Positions 1 to 12,461 are shown, counted from the first letter of the stretch. The stretch is 32,531 nt of DNA from Octopus bimaculoides (GCF_001194135.2 NC_068987.1:62658136-62690666), one strand, 5' to 3'. The notes: generated by a model not told the origin, from the letters alone. Numbers and translations: made by a program.

Positions 1-619
1 TATATATATACGCATATATATTTAAACATATATTTATATCTATTTTTAGATTTTTATATGTATTCATATTTATATTCCGTATATTTATGTTTTAAACTTT
101 TAAATTTATTATGTTACCATGTTATGTTGGATGTATATCTTTCAAAATTCAAAATATTAAATATTGATTTCCTGAATATATTATTGATGAGTTCTACGAA
201 TTTATTAACGATATAAAAACACATATATACACATTTATTTGCTCAAGATAATTGAGCACTCAACATAAGTTCAGTTATATATTCTTTTAGAATATTTCTT
301 TTAGAATATTACTGATATAAGTTATATATATATATATATATTAGTTATAGAATAAAAATACTGGGTTAACGACTCAACATATCACACCCCTTCAATGAAC
401 ATATATAAGAAATACAGCATAATCCGTCAAACATAAGGAATAAGAAGAAATAACGCAAGAAAAATAACGCAAGAAGAAATAATAAATAAATAAAAAATAT
501 ACCGTATAGTATAATATTTTTATACACGAATATATTGTTTCAACCGATAACATAGAACTGAAAATACATTAGACAACGTACGAGGGTTCTGTAATTTCTT
601 GGTGAGCAACTACACAGTT

Positions 620-833
620 GATTTGTTTAGAGTGATCAAGTGTTTGTATTTACATATGCCCACTCCCTCAAAAAAAAATCAACATTACCTGTACAGGTGC
701 ACGACGTGCCACACATCAGATGATGAAATGAAGTGTTTCGCCCAAGAATACAACGCAACGCCTGGGAATCGAAACTACGATTTCGCAGCAATTGTGAGTG
801 CAACACCCTAAACACTAAGCCATGCACCTTCAC
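620..833 (-). mobile_element. tRNA-derived SINE, family C (diverged)
   Basis: The reverse complement begins gtgaaggtgcaTGGCTTAGTGTTtagggtgttgcactcac...GTTTCGATTCCC (Pol III A/B box-like). It shares the head and the aaacacttca segment with the copy at 12916. Confidence 0.7.
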
Positions 834-837
834 TATA

Positions 838-897
<60 letters not shown>

Positions 898-1016
898 TAC
901 ATTTATATNNNNNNNNNNNNNNNNNNNNNNNNNNNNNNNNNNNNNNNNNNNNNNNNNNNNNNNNNNNNNNNNNNNNNNNNNNNNNNNNNNNNNNNNNNNN
1001 NNNNNNNNNNNNNNNN

Positions 1017-1050
<34 letters not shown>

Positions 1051-1573
1051 TGTATTGAACTGTGATTTGGTTGCTTTTTCTGTATGGTTTAGGTCCAAGA
1101 GGAATCATTTGTAGAGTTGTATCTCCTTGTCTTAAAAAGTGGTTTTGTTCTACTTCATTTTGACAGTATTTTAAGTGTCTCCAGATACATCAATAAGAAT
1201 TATGAGTTTTTCTTATTCCATTGGGACAGTATATAACTGGAGATTCTTTTTTCTAGTAATTCGCCCCAGAATGTCTTCTTGTGAAAAACCATTCCGCCAA
1301 TCAAAGCAACAAGATCAGAATCACAACCTGTTTTTGATACATTTGGTCTTATCTTCACTTTCCATTCTTTCCTTCTTATTCTTTAATTTCTAGACTTAAA
1401 TTGTAGAAAACTATTCTTCATCCTTTGCTTTTATCTTATCCTACTGTTGGTTACTTGTGCTCAATAATTCATCATGATTTGCTTCTTGGTGTTTTGAGTT
1501 ATATTCTCCAGCAATTGCATTTATTTTGAGCTATTGCCATTTTTTCAAATAATCTTCTTATTCAGAAATCCTG

Positions 1574-1817
1574 TGTTGCGTCGACGCCCCCAATCGAAGA
1601 AGTAGGGTCGCCCAAGACATATAAATAGAGGTAGTCTAGCCGTGGTAGAGGAGTTGAGTATCAGTTGAGTAGCTGACGAGGAACAGTCGAGTAGTGGTTG
1701 AGTAGAGATCATCCGAAGGTGCTAGATGGCAGTAGCATGAGACATAACATCCTGTATGCTTTTACTGTTTAGGCTATTGAATAAAACGACCTAAAGAGCG
1801 AATTCTTTTCAGTTGCA
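1574..1817 (+). mobile_element. Possible solo LTR
   Basis: A GC-richer island that starts TGTTG and ends TTGCA, with TATAAATA (1620-1627) upstream of AATAAA (1780-1785). There is no second LTR and no clear target-site duplication (TSD). Confidence 0.3.
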
Positions 1818-2640
1818 TGATAAAAGTTTTTGCTTTTTTTATTGTAAAAAATTAAGTAAAATTTTATTATAGAAAATAAATAAAATAGAAATGTTTGCTT
1901 TTGAAAATCGTGCTAATATTGCTTGAAACTCTATCTAACTATTTATATTATTCGTAAAACTGACAATGGTAAAACATAGACCAGCCATTAATGACTTCAT
2001 AGTAAGCAGCGACATTTCCCATCCATTGCTTCTTTTGTGAACAACAAAGAGTTGTCCATGATAAAAGCAGGACATTTTTTTCACTCCACTCCAATCACCA
2101 TTTATGTCTGACCCTAAGGTTCATTAATTATTAAAACATAACGATCATTAGTTTACAGGCACTTATAAAATTTCGTTGACTCACACAGTATTGTCCTGTC
2201 AATTTGACGGAAAGTAGCAGCAAATTTTAAAAATCTAACGGATTGTATTAAAAATATCTTCTAACAAAATTTTGCTGGTGAATATATTCATATAGAGAGA
2301 AAGAATGAGAGCAGAAGGAGGAAGGGTCATTTTTTGTGAGCTGTCTCGTCTTTATCGAATTGATGATTTAATAAGATTTTTTAATGTAGCGAATTAAATA
2401 TTAATATAGCAAACAACGCTAATTTTAAGAAGTCCCTCAATGTAGCACAACCAAATAAATGCAGTCGACATTTTTAGAATGCATTGAATATCAGCAGAGA
2501 ATACGATTGGTTGTAATATTTTCCCACACGTGAATGTGTACGTACATACATGTTTTATATGAATCAAAGATTTTTTATATTATGGATAATGAATGATATG
2601 ATATAATATGTAAAACGAATTCATCTTTTGTATTATTTTG

Positions 2641-2677
<37 letters not shown>

Positions 2678-2795
2678 NNNNNNNNNNNNNNNNNNNNNNN
2701 NNNNNNNNNNNNNNNNNNNNNNNNNNNNNNNNNNNNNNNNNNNNNNNNNNNNNNNNNNNNNNNNNNNNNNNNNNNNNNNNNNNNNNNNNNNNNNN

Positions 2796-3855
2796 CAATA
2801 ACGAATTCTCTCTGTATAACGAACACCAAAGAAAAGTTCGCTATTGGCAGATTTTTATTAAATAAATGTTTTTGCCTTTGTTTTTTCATCTACAATGAAA
2901 ACACTAACACTAATAGACTTTAAGGATCAAGGAACCACTTTGGATTATTAATTGATCCGGGAGAAGTGAGAAGAGATTTTGTACTTTTTCTACGTTCGTT
3001 TACGCCTTCCACATCTCTGTCTACGTTTCTACGCTTCCTTTTACATCTCCCTCTCTCAATACCACCAGATTTTTGTTACTTGGAGTTTTACCCATCTGCA
3101 TTGTTGAGGCTTCTTAAACAACTATTCTTATATTTTGTTTTCATTTTTACAGCATTATTCGTATTCCGAAATCTTTAAAGTTTACTTGGAAATTCTTAAC
3201 AAATTATATTTTTCATTTTAAAATTACAAACAAAATAATATGCAACCACATGGCGGAACAATGTAAACGAAATGCATATTCTATCAAAGCTAAAAAGGAA
3301 GTTCTTGATAATTTGAAAAAACACAGAGCTTCATTTATAATGAAAAAGAGAAATATTCCAAAATCAATAATATCCGAACTTTGAAAAAAATGAGGAAAAA
3401 TATGTACTTATAGTGATATGCTTCAATCGGGAAAGATTTTAAACACGAAAAACTACAGCCAATTAAGACCAAGGTGGATGAATCACTTATTGAAGAACTT
3501 AAAAATAGTAGATCACTAAAAATCCCAATAAATGAGAATATTGAGAAAGAGAACAATGAAAAAGCCAGTAATGGGTGGTTAAATTCTTTTTAAAAAAGAA
3601 ATAATGTTAAATTTAAAACTCAAACCGGTACTGAAGTTGACGTATCTGAAAATGAAATAAATGAACTTCGTGATAAATTTAAAGACAAACTTCTTGAATA
3701 TAATGCAGAAAATATCTTTAACACAGATGAAACTGCATTGTTCTACAAAAAATTGCTGACTAAAAGTTATGTTTTTCCTAATGATGATAATACAAAATTA
3801 AAGAAATCAAAAGAGAGAATTACAATATCATTCACATGTCGTGCAACTGGTGCAA
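2796..3855 (+). mobile_element. Tigger/pogo DNA transposon remnant (5' part)
   Basis: ATAACGAA repeats at 2796-2850 resemble Tigger terminal motifs. They are followed by the transposase pseudogene at 3250-3851. The 3' end is lost at a (TATG)n/(TA)n microsatellite. Confidence 0.7.
3250..3851 (+). pseudogene. Tigger/pogo (CENP-B-like HTH plus start of DDE) transposase pseudogene
   Basis: Translates as MAEQCKRNAYSIKAKKEVL...IPKSIISEL*, then ASNGWLNSF*KRNN, then NIFNTDETALFYK and KKSKERITISFTCRATG. These are the SxGW..F..R, NxDETxLF and KxRIT...NATG motifs, interrupted by stops and a frameshift. Confidence 0.9.
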
Positions 3856-3944
3856 CATATGTATGTATGTATGTATGTATTCATGTATGTATATATATAT
3901 TATATTCACATATTTATATATTTACATGCATATATGTGTGCGTG

Positions 3945-4000
<56 letters not shown>

Positions 4001-4199
4001 AGGTGCATGCATGCAAAGGTACATATGTGTGAATGTTACATTGAAAACAGAATTCTATTGTTTTTTGGTTTTGTTTTGTTTTTTTGCGTTAATATTTTCT
4101 TCTTGTTTCGTATGTATTCCTTGCAGTTTGTTTGGGAAAATAAAATTCGTAAATTTCTCATCAATATTTCTATACATTCGCAATCTCATCATTTTACAG

Positions 4200-4250
4200 T
4201 GGCAATGGTGTGCGTTGCTTCTGCTTACCTCCTTCTCCATAGCACTTAAT
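4200..4250 (+). CDS. Candidate upstream micro-exon of the DUR3-like gene: WQWCALLLLTSFSIALN
   Basis: Preceded by catcattttacAG and followed by GTCAGT (4251); 51 nt, phase 0. It resembles the DUR3 motif (Q)WTWAATLLQSS that lies directly before GxSGPFW, and it splices in frame to 8953. It is one residue longer than the spacing I recall for the family. Confidence 0.55.
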
Positions 4251-4399
4251 GTCAGTGTGGTTGGTCTACACCCAGCTGTCATAATTTCTTTTTGACCTTT
4301 TGATATATACATCAACAATCAGGTATTGCTAGTTCAGAATAGTAGTATACAGGGAGTATTGCTTCTTTCATTAAGTAATTGTGATGAACTTTGTGTAAT

Positions 4400-5460
4400 A
4401 TAGATGTGTTGGTTACAAATGTTTTCCTACCCTCTTTTGTTTTGTGTTACGTGGTTCCAAATATATCAGATGGGGGTGTAAACTGCACAACTTCCACATT
4501 TACAATCAAATTTGCGAATCTCGTTGATAATTAGTAGCTACTCTGCGTATGTAGTTTGTAACGGATATTTTTATATTTCTAATTTCAATATTTTTATTGT
4601 ATATAATTAGTATTTGTCTATGGATTGATGCAATGAATTTTGTGTTCTGTTTTATGTTTGTGACGTATTCAACCACCCTATAGTTTGTGGGTATTAATTT
4701 TTTGCAATTTATTTTGTGTAGTTTGTTTATCTTTAATGGGTGAAGTTCCTGGTGTATTTTTGTCTATAATGTATTTCTGTCTATATTATTCCTGTGTTGG
4801 TTTCATTTTTTAGATTTCTTTATGTAATGTCTCGTTTGTGGGTGAGAATCTATTTAAATGCACTTTTATGTAGGGTTTTCCGCCACTAACATTTTGTGTG
4901 TGTGCACATACACTTTATTTAAGTGAAGCCGTTCATGTGAATCTTTGGTGTAAACGGACGTGATGTATCTTTTTTTTCTATCTTACTATTTATGCTTAGA
5001 AATGGATTCAGTTTATTTTACAAGAAATTTTGTTTGTTATGAATGTTAAATCTTAGCAGAGAGTTCTTTTTCTGAGACGTCTTTTAATTTCTTGACATCT
5101 TCCAGTGTTTACTTTATAACGAATATAACTGTTGTATATCGTATGTTTAGGCTGTAGTGCAAATTTTTCTTTTGTCGTCAGGTAGAATATCACGAATGTT
5201 TGGTGCAAAAAGTGAACCCATGAATACTCTATCTAGCATATATAACTTCACTTGAGGACAACTAAATATAATTTTGTTGTAAAGGATACTATGTTATTTA
5301 CAATAATGAGTGTTTTTACCGTACAGATTATTTAGTATAGTTTTTTTGTTGCTTTAACCACTGAAACGTTGGCAAGCAGATTTTTCTAAGTGTTCTTTCG
5401 TTAGTTCTTTCTAAGATCTCTAGAAACTCTTCGACTGAACATATCCTGTACTTGCCCGGT
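4400..5460 (-). mobile_element. Penelope-like retroelement remnant (RT plus traces of GIY-YIG), heavily decayed
   Basis: Minus-strand peptides occur in the expected order: KYRICSVEEFLEIL (5412-5453), DRVFMGSLFAP (~5200-5233, compare DGVAMGSPLxP), ITSVYTK (4944-4964), LHKEI, and a frameshifted YIGTT near 4450-4465. Many stops. Confidence 0.6.
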
Positions 5461-5511
5461 GTATACTACTTATATCTAATTGCTAGGCGATATTGTGTAC
5501 TGATGTTTATA

Positions 5512-5770
5512 GGCTGTGTGCTAAGAAATTTGCTTCTCAACCACATAGTTCCAGGTTCGGTCTCACTGCGTGACACATTGAGCAAGTATTTTCTATTATA
5601 GCCCTGGGCCGACCAAAGACTTGTTAGTTGGATAGGTGGACGAAAACTGAAAGAAGTCCGTCATGTGTGTGTATGTCATTCAGTTCTATTTCATGGTTTC
5701 TTGTCAATTGAGAAAGAGCCGGTTTCTAACCTAGATCCAAGGCTCCTTCATTGGAATTTCAACATCGACA
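5512..5770 (+). mobile_element. tRNA-derived SINE, family D
   Basis: ggctgtgtgctaagaa...caaccacatagttccaggttcggtctcactgcgtgacac...aaactgaaagaagtccgtc, followed by a simple-repeat tail. It is homologous to the inverted copy at 20513-20660. Confidence 0.75.
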
Positions 5771-5978
5771 TGTATGTATGTATGCATGTATGTATGTATG
5801 CATGTATGTATGTATGTATGTATGTATGTATGTACGTATTTATTGAGTTCAACTTTTAATTAGGTATACTCTACGTGCTTACAATTTTACTTTTGTTATT
5901 GAGAAAATTTATAATTTTTGTAAAAAAATATTTATAATTTTTTGTAATCTATACATCTTTATAATTACAAAAGTGTTT

Positions 5979-6204
5979 AAGGCAGGAACCTTGCAGAATC
6001 GTTAGCATGCCGAACAAAATGTTTAACGGCAATACTTTCGGCTTTTTTTACGTTCTGAATTCAAACATTGCTGAAGTTGACTTTGCCTTTCATTCTTTCG
6101 GAGTCGCTAAAATAATAACCCGTTGAGCACTGGGATCGATGTAATGAACTTCACCCTCCCCTCAAAATTGCTGGCCTTGTATCAAAAATTGGAAAGAATA
6201 ATTA
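5979..6204 (+). mobile_element. SINE family A (aaggcggcgagctggcagaatcgttag... type)
   Basis: Shares gcagaatcgttagc, gactttgcctttcat.ctttcgg.gtcg.taaaat and the ggccttgt tail with about 10 other copies in the window. Confidence 0.8.
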
Positions 6205-6683
6205 CGAACTTTTTCATAATTACATACGTCTCATAATTATACTAATTCGCTTGTACCGTCATGATAGCATTTTAAAGGAACAAGTCGAAACTAGTATCAA
6301 ATACATATAGTGACATATCATATATTTGATACAAACTTGTTACAACACATCGTATATTTCCAGGTTAGGTTCTGATTAAATTTCGTTCGCCAAAAGTAGT
6401 ATATTTTGTCAATAATCAATGGGGCATGTATATTATACACATATAATATAAATATCATCATGAGTTACCTTGTATATTAAGTGGTTATAGTAAAACATAC
6501 GTATATCACAGTATGTAAATTTTATTCAAAATACATTCACTGAACATATAAATTGGTTTCTGTATAACATATATTACAATTTTCATATACTAAAATATTC
6601 ATGTTTTCAATATACCTACATAATATACATTATAAACATTAATAATTTAGACTTTCCTCCATTTTGTTAGCATAGTTGGTATA

Positions 6684-6783
<100 letters not shown>

Positions 6784-8189
6784 CATTTTGTAGTTTCAAG
6801 CTTAATTAAAAAGATTTTTTATTACGATGTTTTGTGAAAAATCTATTTCCAATCATATTTCTTTGATCATCATTTCTATGTACAACTTCAGATTATTCTT
6901 ATATCTGGAAAACATATTTATAATATACAATGAAGTTTATTTTAAAAGATACGTCATTATAATTACATGTCTTTAGAATCAAGAAATCATTAATCTGATT
7001 ATTTTTACATAAGATTTCATTTCAATTATGCGGAACGTGTTTGAGTTTATTGTTTATCGTTTGTTATTACCTGTGCGTGTATATGTGTTTATAATAATCC
7101 TTCAGAGTAAGTTTTGAAGTTTATTATTGATATTTATAATGTGCTTATCTCCGCTTTTCTCAGGGAATTGGTGAAGTACTTTGGGTTGGGTTGGGTTTTC
7201 TTTTTCCGTTGTAAGGGGAAAGTAATACGGAGCGTGAAGATTAAAATTTCAAAGTGGATGAATGTATGTTGTGGAAAGTTTATTGTAACGTAGTTGTTTT
7301 CCTTTTGATGGAGTTAAACTCAGTACTACAATACTAATAAAATATTTGTCTGTTAGATAATATCTTGAAGTGAATTTTTTTTTATCATGATAGCAGTGAT
7401 TATATGCAAACCAACGATACTACTTTTGCTATGATGATACGCTATCGACTTTGTTGCAAATTCGTTTTCTGATAAATATATTTAAACTTGAATGTTGCTC
7501 TGTACCAAATAATTTTCTAGCTCCCTGTATCTTTTCGTTATTCTCTTATTTCTTTCTTTCCCGTTTTCTGTCCTGCTAGCTATCCAACTCTTGGGGGTAT
7601 ATTTCGCCCTGAGAATACAAGTTGCGATTGAAATAAAAATTAAGGTCAACAACTAGCAGTTGCCGACCTAGATTCAATAACTAGAACAGTTACTTGCATA
7701 ATATGTGAAGAACTTTTTTCAGTTGAATTGTCTCTGTATCTTGATCTCAAGAGATAAAACTAACTGCACTAAATTATTTTCATTAATCACAGCTGGGAAA
7801 ATACAATGAATACATTATACACAGCTGAAGCAGTTCACTTATCTACTGACTGTGCCTACAAGTGACAAAGAATATAATTATTATTACGATATAAGAAGGA
7901 CAGAGTGACAATTAGTCGAGTGTCAGTATCTAAATGAATCCATCATTTTGTTCATTTTCTACCGAGTTTGACATTGCTTTTCATCCTTCTGCATTTCATA
8001 AATTAAATACCCATCAATAACTAAGTCGGTATATTCGACTACATCCATTTCAAAATATAACTGGCTTTGTGTCTATGTAAAAAATTTTTGGTTGTAGTGA
8101 AGGTGAAATGTAGTAAGATGATTAGCAGATCGGAAGTGTACTGGACAAAATGCCTTGCAGTTTTTAATTGGATCCTTATTTTTATTTTG

Positions 8190-8280
8190 TTAAAGTCTGG
8201 TAATTATTTCATCGGTCCCATTTACCGAAGCGCTAATTTGCGGGGACGTAAACAAACCAATAACGGCTGTCAAGCGTGTT
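8190..8280 (+). repeat. Fragment of dispersed repeat family E
   Basis: ctggtaattatttcatcggtccc...gccgaa/accgaa.gctaa...ggggacgtaaacaaacca..acggctgtcaag aligns by eye with 20020-20105. Confidence 0.6.
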
Positions 8281-8501
8281 GTCCAATATATTTTTTATTC
8301 AAGACTGTAGAATAAGATTTGAGGGAGATTTGATTGTTAATTCCAGCAGATCGAATGACCATACAGAAGTCCCCTTGTTCGATACTGAGACCAGCCGACA
8401 TACATCGAAGTCACATTACATGGGGGAAGGAAATATTATTAGGCAGTGATAGAGCAGACAGACCAAAAGATCAAAAGATGCAGTCGTCCGTTAGAAAACA
8501 A

Positions 8502-8538
8502 CTCTCTCTCTCTCTCTCTCTCGCTGTCTCTCTCTCTT

Positions 8539-8614
<76 letters not shown>

Positions 8615-8644
8615 TCCCTATTTCTCTCCTTATCTCTCTTCCTC

Positions 8645-8682
<38 letters not shown>

Positions 8683-8710
8683 TCTCTCTCTCTCTCTTCC
8701 TATCTATCTC
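8502..8710. repeat. Compound microsatellite (CT)n(CA)n(CT)n
   Basis: Directly visible; it explains the spurious SLSL/HTHT ORFs. Confidence 0.95.
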
Positions 8711-8952
8711 TATACCTATTTGTGTGTGAAGAATGGTATTATTAGTGACGTGGCGGTGGGGAAGGCAGTGTTATGATTACAAACAAATATATCTATTATA
8801 ATAATGCTTTGTTACATATTATTTTTACACGATTAGTATGCTTAATGTTTTCGTTTCCTCATGTATCTAATAAAATCAAAATTTATTATTTTGCAGGTGT
8901 TAACAATAAATTTCAATAAATGATTTCATTAATTTTATTTTATTTATTTCAG

Positions 8953-9069
8953 AATGGAATAGCTGGACCATTCTGGTATTCTGTCGGTGTCATGATAAAC
9001 ATACTAATTTTCCCCATCCTTTCTGTACATTTCAAGACACGTGCACCAGGAGCAAAAACCTATCTTCAA
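8953..9069 (+). CDS. DUR3: Coding exon of a DUR3-like urea/solute transporter (SSS family): NGIAGPFWYSVGVMINILIFPILSVHFKTRAPGAKTYLQ
   Basis: Acceptor ttttatttatttcAG (8951-8952) and donor GTGAGT (9070). The exon is 117 nt, phase 0-0, with no stops. The translation matches the DUR3-family segment G(I/V)SGPFWY..G...K.(R/K)AP.A.T as I recall it. It is absent from the supplied ORF track. Confidence 0.9.
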
Positions 9070-9439
9070 GTGAGTTTTCAAATGTCTATATATTATTAGG
9101 AGTTAAATTACCAATCTTTACGTTGTAACTACCACCAAGTTAGCTATTCCATATTGCTGGTATTTCACTGACGAAGTTCTGTAGATGTTTCTTGTTAATG
9201 ACTTGATTTATTTTTCGAATTCATTTCTTTTTTCTTTTATCGTCTGTAAACTATGCAGTAAGTTTTCGAGATTAAGATTGCATAGTGCTCAGATAAAAAT
9301 TATTGAGACATTTTAAAAAATAAATGAAATTAAATATTCTCCAAAACCTGTTAGCTATTTCATTTCAAGGTAGTACCTCAAATTTAAGTGGCCGAGTCGT
9401 ACCCTTTACTAGATGCCAGAATCTAAAACTAAACCCACT

Positions 9440-9830
9440 GGACAACTCTGCTTTCATTTATCTAACATACAACCTTACCCTCATCCATTAAATATCTAAA
9501 TAACACGAATCCTATTACTCTCAGAGACACAAATCTTTCTGATCTTGTATATAGTACTTCTCTGTTATCCAGGCTACAGTTTGTACTCAAACTTTGCTTC
9601 GCAAAGAGGTGCCTGCGCGTAAATAGATATCACTCCTATATCTCTCATCTGCCTCACCTGGATATCAACAACAAGAACCTCCAGCTATTTTGACTATTTC
9701 TGCTTCTTTTATCGTTCTCTGAACACCTCCAAACTCCGACAATACTTCGACCATATTAATCCCACCTCTTCTCTGAAACCATCGACCTCAGTGACTTTAA
9801 CATTCACAACTATTCTTAGCTCACACTTTC
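9440..9830 (+). mobile_element. CR1/L2-like LINE remnant, APE endonuclease part
   Basis: Peptides LLSETQ (9515-9532), YPGYSLYSNFASQRGACA (from 9566) and SDFNIHN (9790-9810, compare GDFNxH) occur in the APE order, with stops and frameshifts. Confidence 0.65.
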
Positions 9831-9836
9831 GAATTG

Positions 9837-10436
9837 TCTTACTATAATGGACGTTATATCCGTCTGTCTGTTCCCTCTTCACGGTCGAACGGCTGGATCA
9901 TAGGTCACGATGTTTCTCAGGATTACGAAGGAGGTAATCAAGAAGGTATTTAGCGAAAACAAAGATGTGAAAAAGTATAATTATTTAGTGAATATTGAGT
10001 TTTGTATTAATAAATCACCTTTGACTTTTCTTCTTAAAATTCCGGCGACGAGAATTAACTCTGGATCCTTCCCCCCATATAGTTCGTGAATTTAGAGGGT
10101 TTAGATTTGCGATACTATCCCTTTATTTCCCATCGTAGATGGACATATTTGCTATCATACTATAATGGGCATTATGTTCGTCTGTCCGTTTCTTTGTCTG
10201 TTCCCTCTTCACGGCCAGACGGCTGGACTAATGGTTACAATATTTTTCGCGATTACAAAGCTGGTCGTCAGGAAGGCTTTTTTGAAAAACCAGAAAGTAT
10301 GATTATTTCGTGGATATCGATTTTTGAATTGATAAACTACCATCTTCGCATTTTTATTAAAAATTCACCGACCTCGAATAACTCTGGATTTTTATCGTAT
10401 AGTTCGTGGCCCCATCGTATATACGAAGAGGATCTT
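9837..10436 (+). mobile_element. Two head-to-tail copies of a ~318-bp non-autonomous Helitron-like element
   Basis: Units start TC.tactataatgg at 9837 and 10155. They share gtctgtc..tgttccctcttcacgg...acggctgga and taactctggat...tatagttcgtg. Unit 1 ends with hairpin CCATC-gta-GATGG (10130-10142) and then gCTA. Unit 2 has the palindrome tcgtatatacga at the same position. Confidence 0.55.
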
Positions 10437-10640
10437 ATTTTCTTCGGGTACTACAATGACCTATACTCATCAGAACAAGCTAGTCTCGCACCAGCTCCAT
10501 TCAGGCACCTCTGTGTCATTCGTCTCTCCCTCCTTTTCTCACCAGGCCACGAACTGCTCTAGCCACTACTTCCAGTCCTTTCACTCCAGAACCTCTAGAA
10601 TTCTCTTTCCACGCACATTTTATTTTATTTTTTTCTGCGG
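10437..10640 (+). mobile_element. CR1/L2-like LINE 3' end
   Basis: FGYYNDLYSSEQASLAP...IRLS and HYFQSFHSRTSR resemble the C-terminus of CR1/L2 ORF2 (FYRYY.G.CS.EL..L.P; SFF.RT..LWN). A (TTTTA)n tail follows. Confidence 0.6.
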
Positions 10641-12461
10641 CTATTGACTTGCAATTGTGCAAAAATAACGTCACTACATCAATCTAATGTCCTACAAATG
10701 TTTTGGGGCTTTGCCACTTACGTCTGACCCACATCGGAAAAAAAAATCAATTCAACGAAATATCTGACTTAAAATAAGGAATAATCTTATGATCTGCAGG
10801 TTTTACAAATCGCGGATTACTTGGTAAAATTTCTAAAAAATACATGTCTATATGCGTGTATGCGTTGGTGTGTGATTGTGTCTTGACGTTCAGACGCGTG
10901 CGTATATGTGTGTGCGTGTGACTGTTCTATCATTGTGATTTCTCTTCTCTTCTTGAAAGATACATTTTACCGTAAAATTTCATCAAAAATATCCATGGGA
11001 AGAACGACGTCAAACTGCTAAGGTAATCAACAACCATATCTGCTAAAACACACACACACACANNNNNNNNNNNNNNNNNNNNNNNNNNNNNNNNNNNNNN
11101 NNNNNNNNNNNNNNNNNNNNNNNNNNNNNNNNNNNNNNNNNNNNNNNNNNNNNNNNNNNNNNNNNNNNNNNNNNNNNNNNNNNNNNNNNNNNNNNNNNNN
11201 NNNNNNNNNNNNNNNNNNNNNNNNNNNNNNNNNNNNNNNNNNNNNNNNNNNNNNTATATATATATATATGCACACACATTTATAGACACACAGATAGATA
11301 TGCATATCCATGTATATACATAATGATATATAAATATATAAATATTTATACATATACATTTATACACACATATATATGCATAATATGCATATGTACACAT
11401 GTATGTATATACATGTATGTATGTATATATATACATATACATACATATATATATATATATATATGCATGAAAGAATCATTAACGAGTGTTCGGCTGTGTG
11501 TAATTTATCTCCTTTAAGAAAAAACATACGAGGAATGTTTTCTCGACTAAGTTTATTAAATTGTATAGTGTTATAGTAGAAAATAGAGATAAAGCTGAAA
11601 TATCCACAAACTTTATCATTAGTTTATCTGTTTCTATAAATGTCAATAACTTAATTAGAACACATGGTATTTAGACTTTTACATCGAGTTCTGGCATACA
11701 TGTGATGTGTCGTACTGGTCGTTGAACATAGTTCCTTATTATCGTGTAAGTATAATGGTGGTGATGGTGGTGGTAACAGGGATGAACGTAGTTGTGATGG
11801 GGGGGGGCATAGTTTTTGAGGGTTCTTTTGTTGTTTTTTTTTATATTTTACAAGACGTTTGTTGCTGGGGGCAGATATGGCTTCCATAGTTATTTGTTAA
11901 TATTGCTAAGATGATGGTTGCTGTGGTAGATATGATGATAAGAGCAGTGTGGTGCTGGTGATGGTGATCTATTTGAGGCGTCAACCTAATAGTTATTGAC
12001 ACTGTGTAGTCCTATCTTGGTCCTGTACTAGTAAATACATCTAAAGCAGCCATGAACAAACTGCGACTCATGGGACGTTATGAATGACACACCTAACGAA
12101 TAATTGCCTTGAGTTTCTTCAGTAGTGCGGCCCGCCTGATGACGAGCCATAGTTCATGCAGCCCACTTCTCGGAAATTTTGCCCATGCCTGATTAAAGCT
12201 TGTAAGTTTTCGACCAAAGCGATACGCAATCCATTGATCTGTTCTTCCAAATGTACAATATTTGAGGCAGTACTGCATATTCCAACATGGGTATACCGTT
12301 CAGAGTTCTAATTTAGATGTATTGTTGTCGTTTCTCTCCAGTTTATTTCTGCTTGCGTCTAGATTTTGATTGATTTCGCTTGTCGTTCTGAAGATACTGA
12401 CGGTTGAAGTCTATTACATTAGCATTTGTTGATATTGTGATTTTTTTTTTTTTTTGTCTTA

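Noticed and set aside
1040-1560. Minus-strand purine-rich stretch vaguely resembling a Gypsy protease region
   Set aside because: There is no clear D(T/S)G motif and there are many stops; too weak to call.
3738-4295. 185-aa ORF
   Set aside because: It is a chimera of the Tigger tail, a (TA)n microsatellite, intron sequence and the candidate 51-nt exon.
7164-7214. Possible exon GIGEVLWVGLGFLFPL after ttttctcAG
   Set aside because: It runs into a stop without a suitable donor and does not fit the expected DUR3 sequence order.
8897-8923. Alternative acceptor ttttgcAG 56 nt upstream of the 8953 exon
   Set aside because: Using it shifts the frame relative to the exon or meets a TGA, and there is no support for it without transcripts.
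10086-10562. 158-aa ORF with a normal-looking composition
   Set aside because: It is a chance read-through across the Helitron-like unit 2 and the LINE 3' remnant. The same frame in unit 1 is interrupted by a stop, and there are no convincing splice signals.
12040-12420. Possible LINE RT fragment (PMLEYA on the minus strand) and a ctgatga heptamer
   Set aside because: Only a single short motif is present, and no GAAA or stems follow the heptamer.
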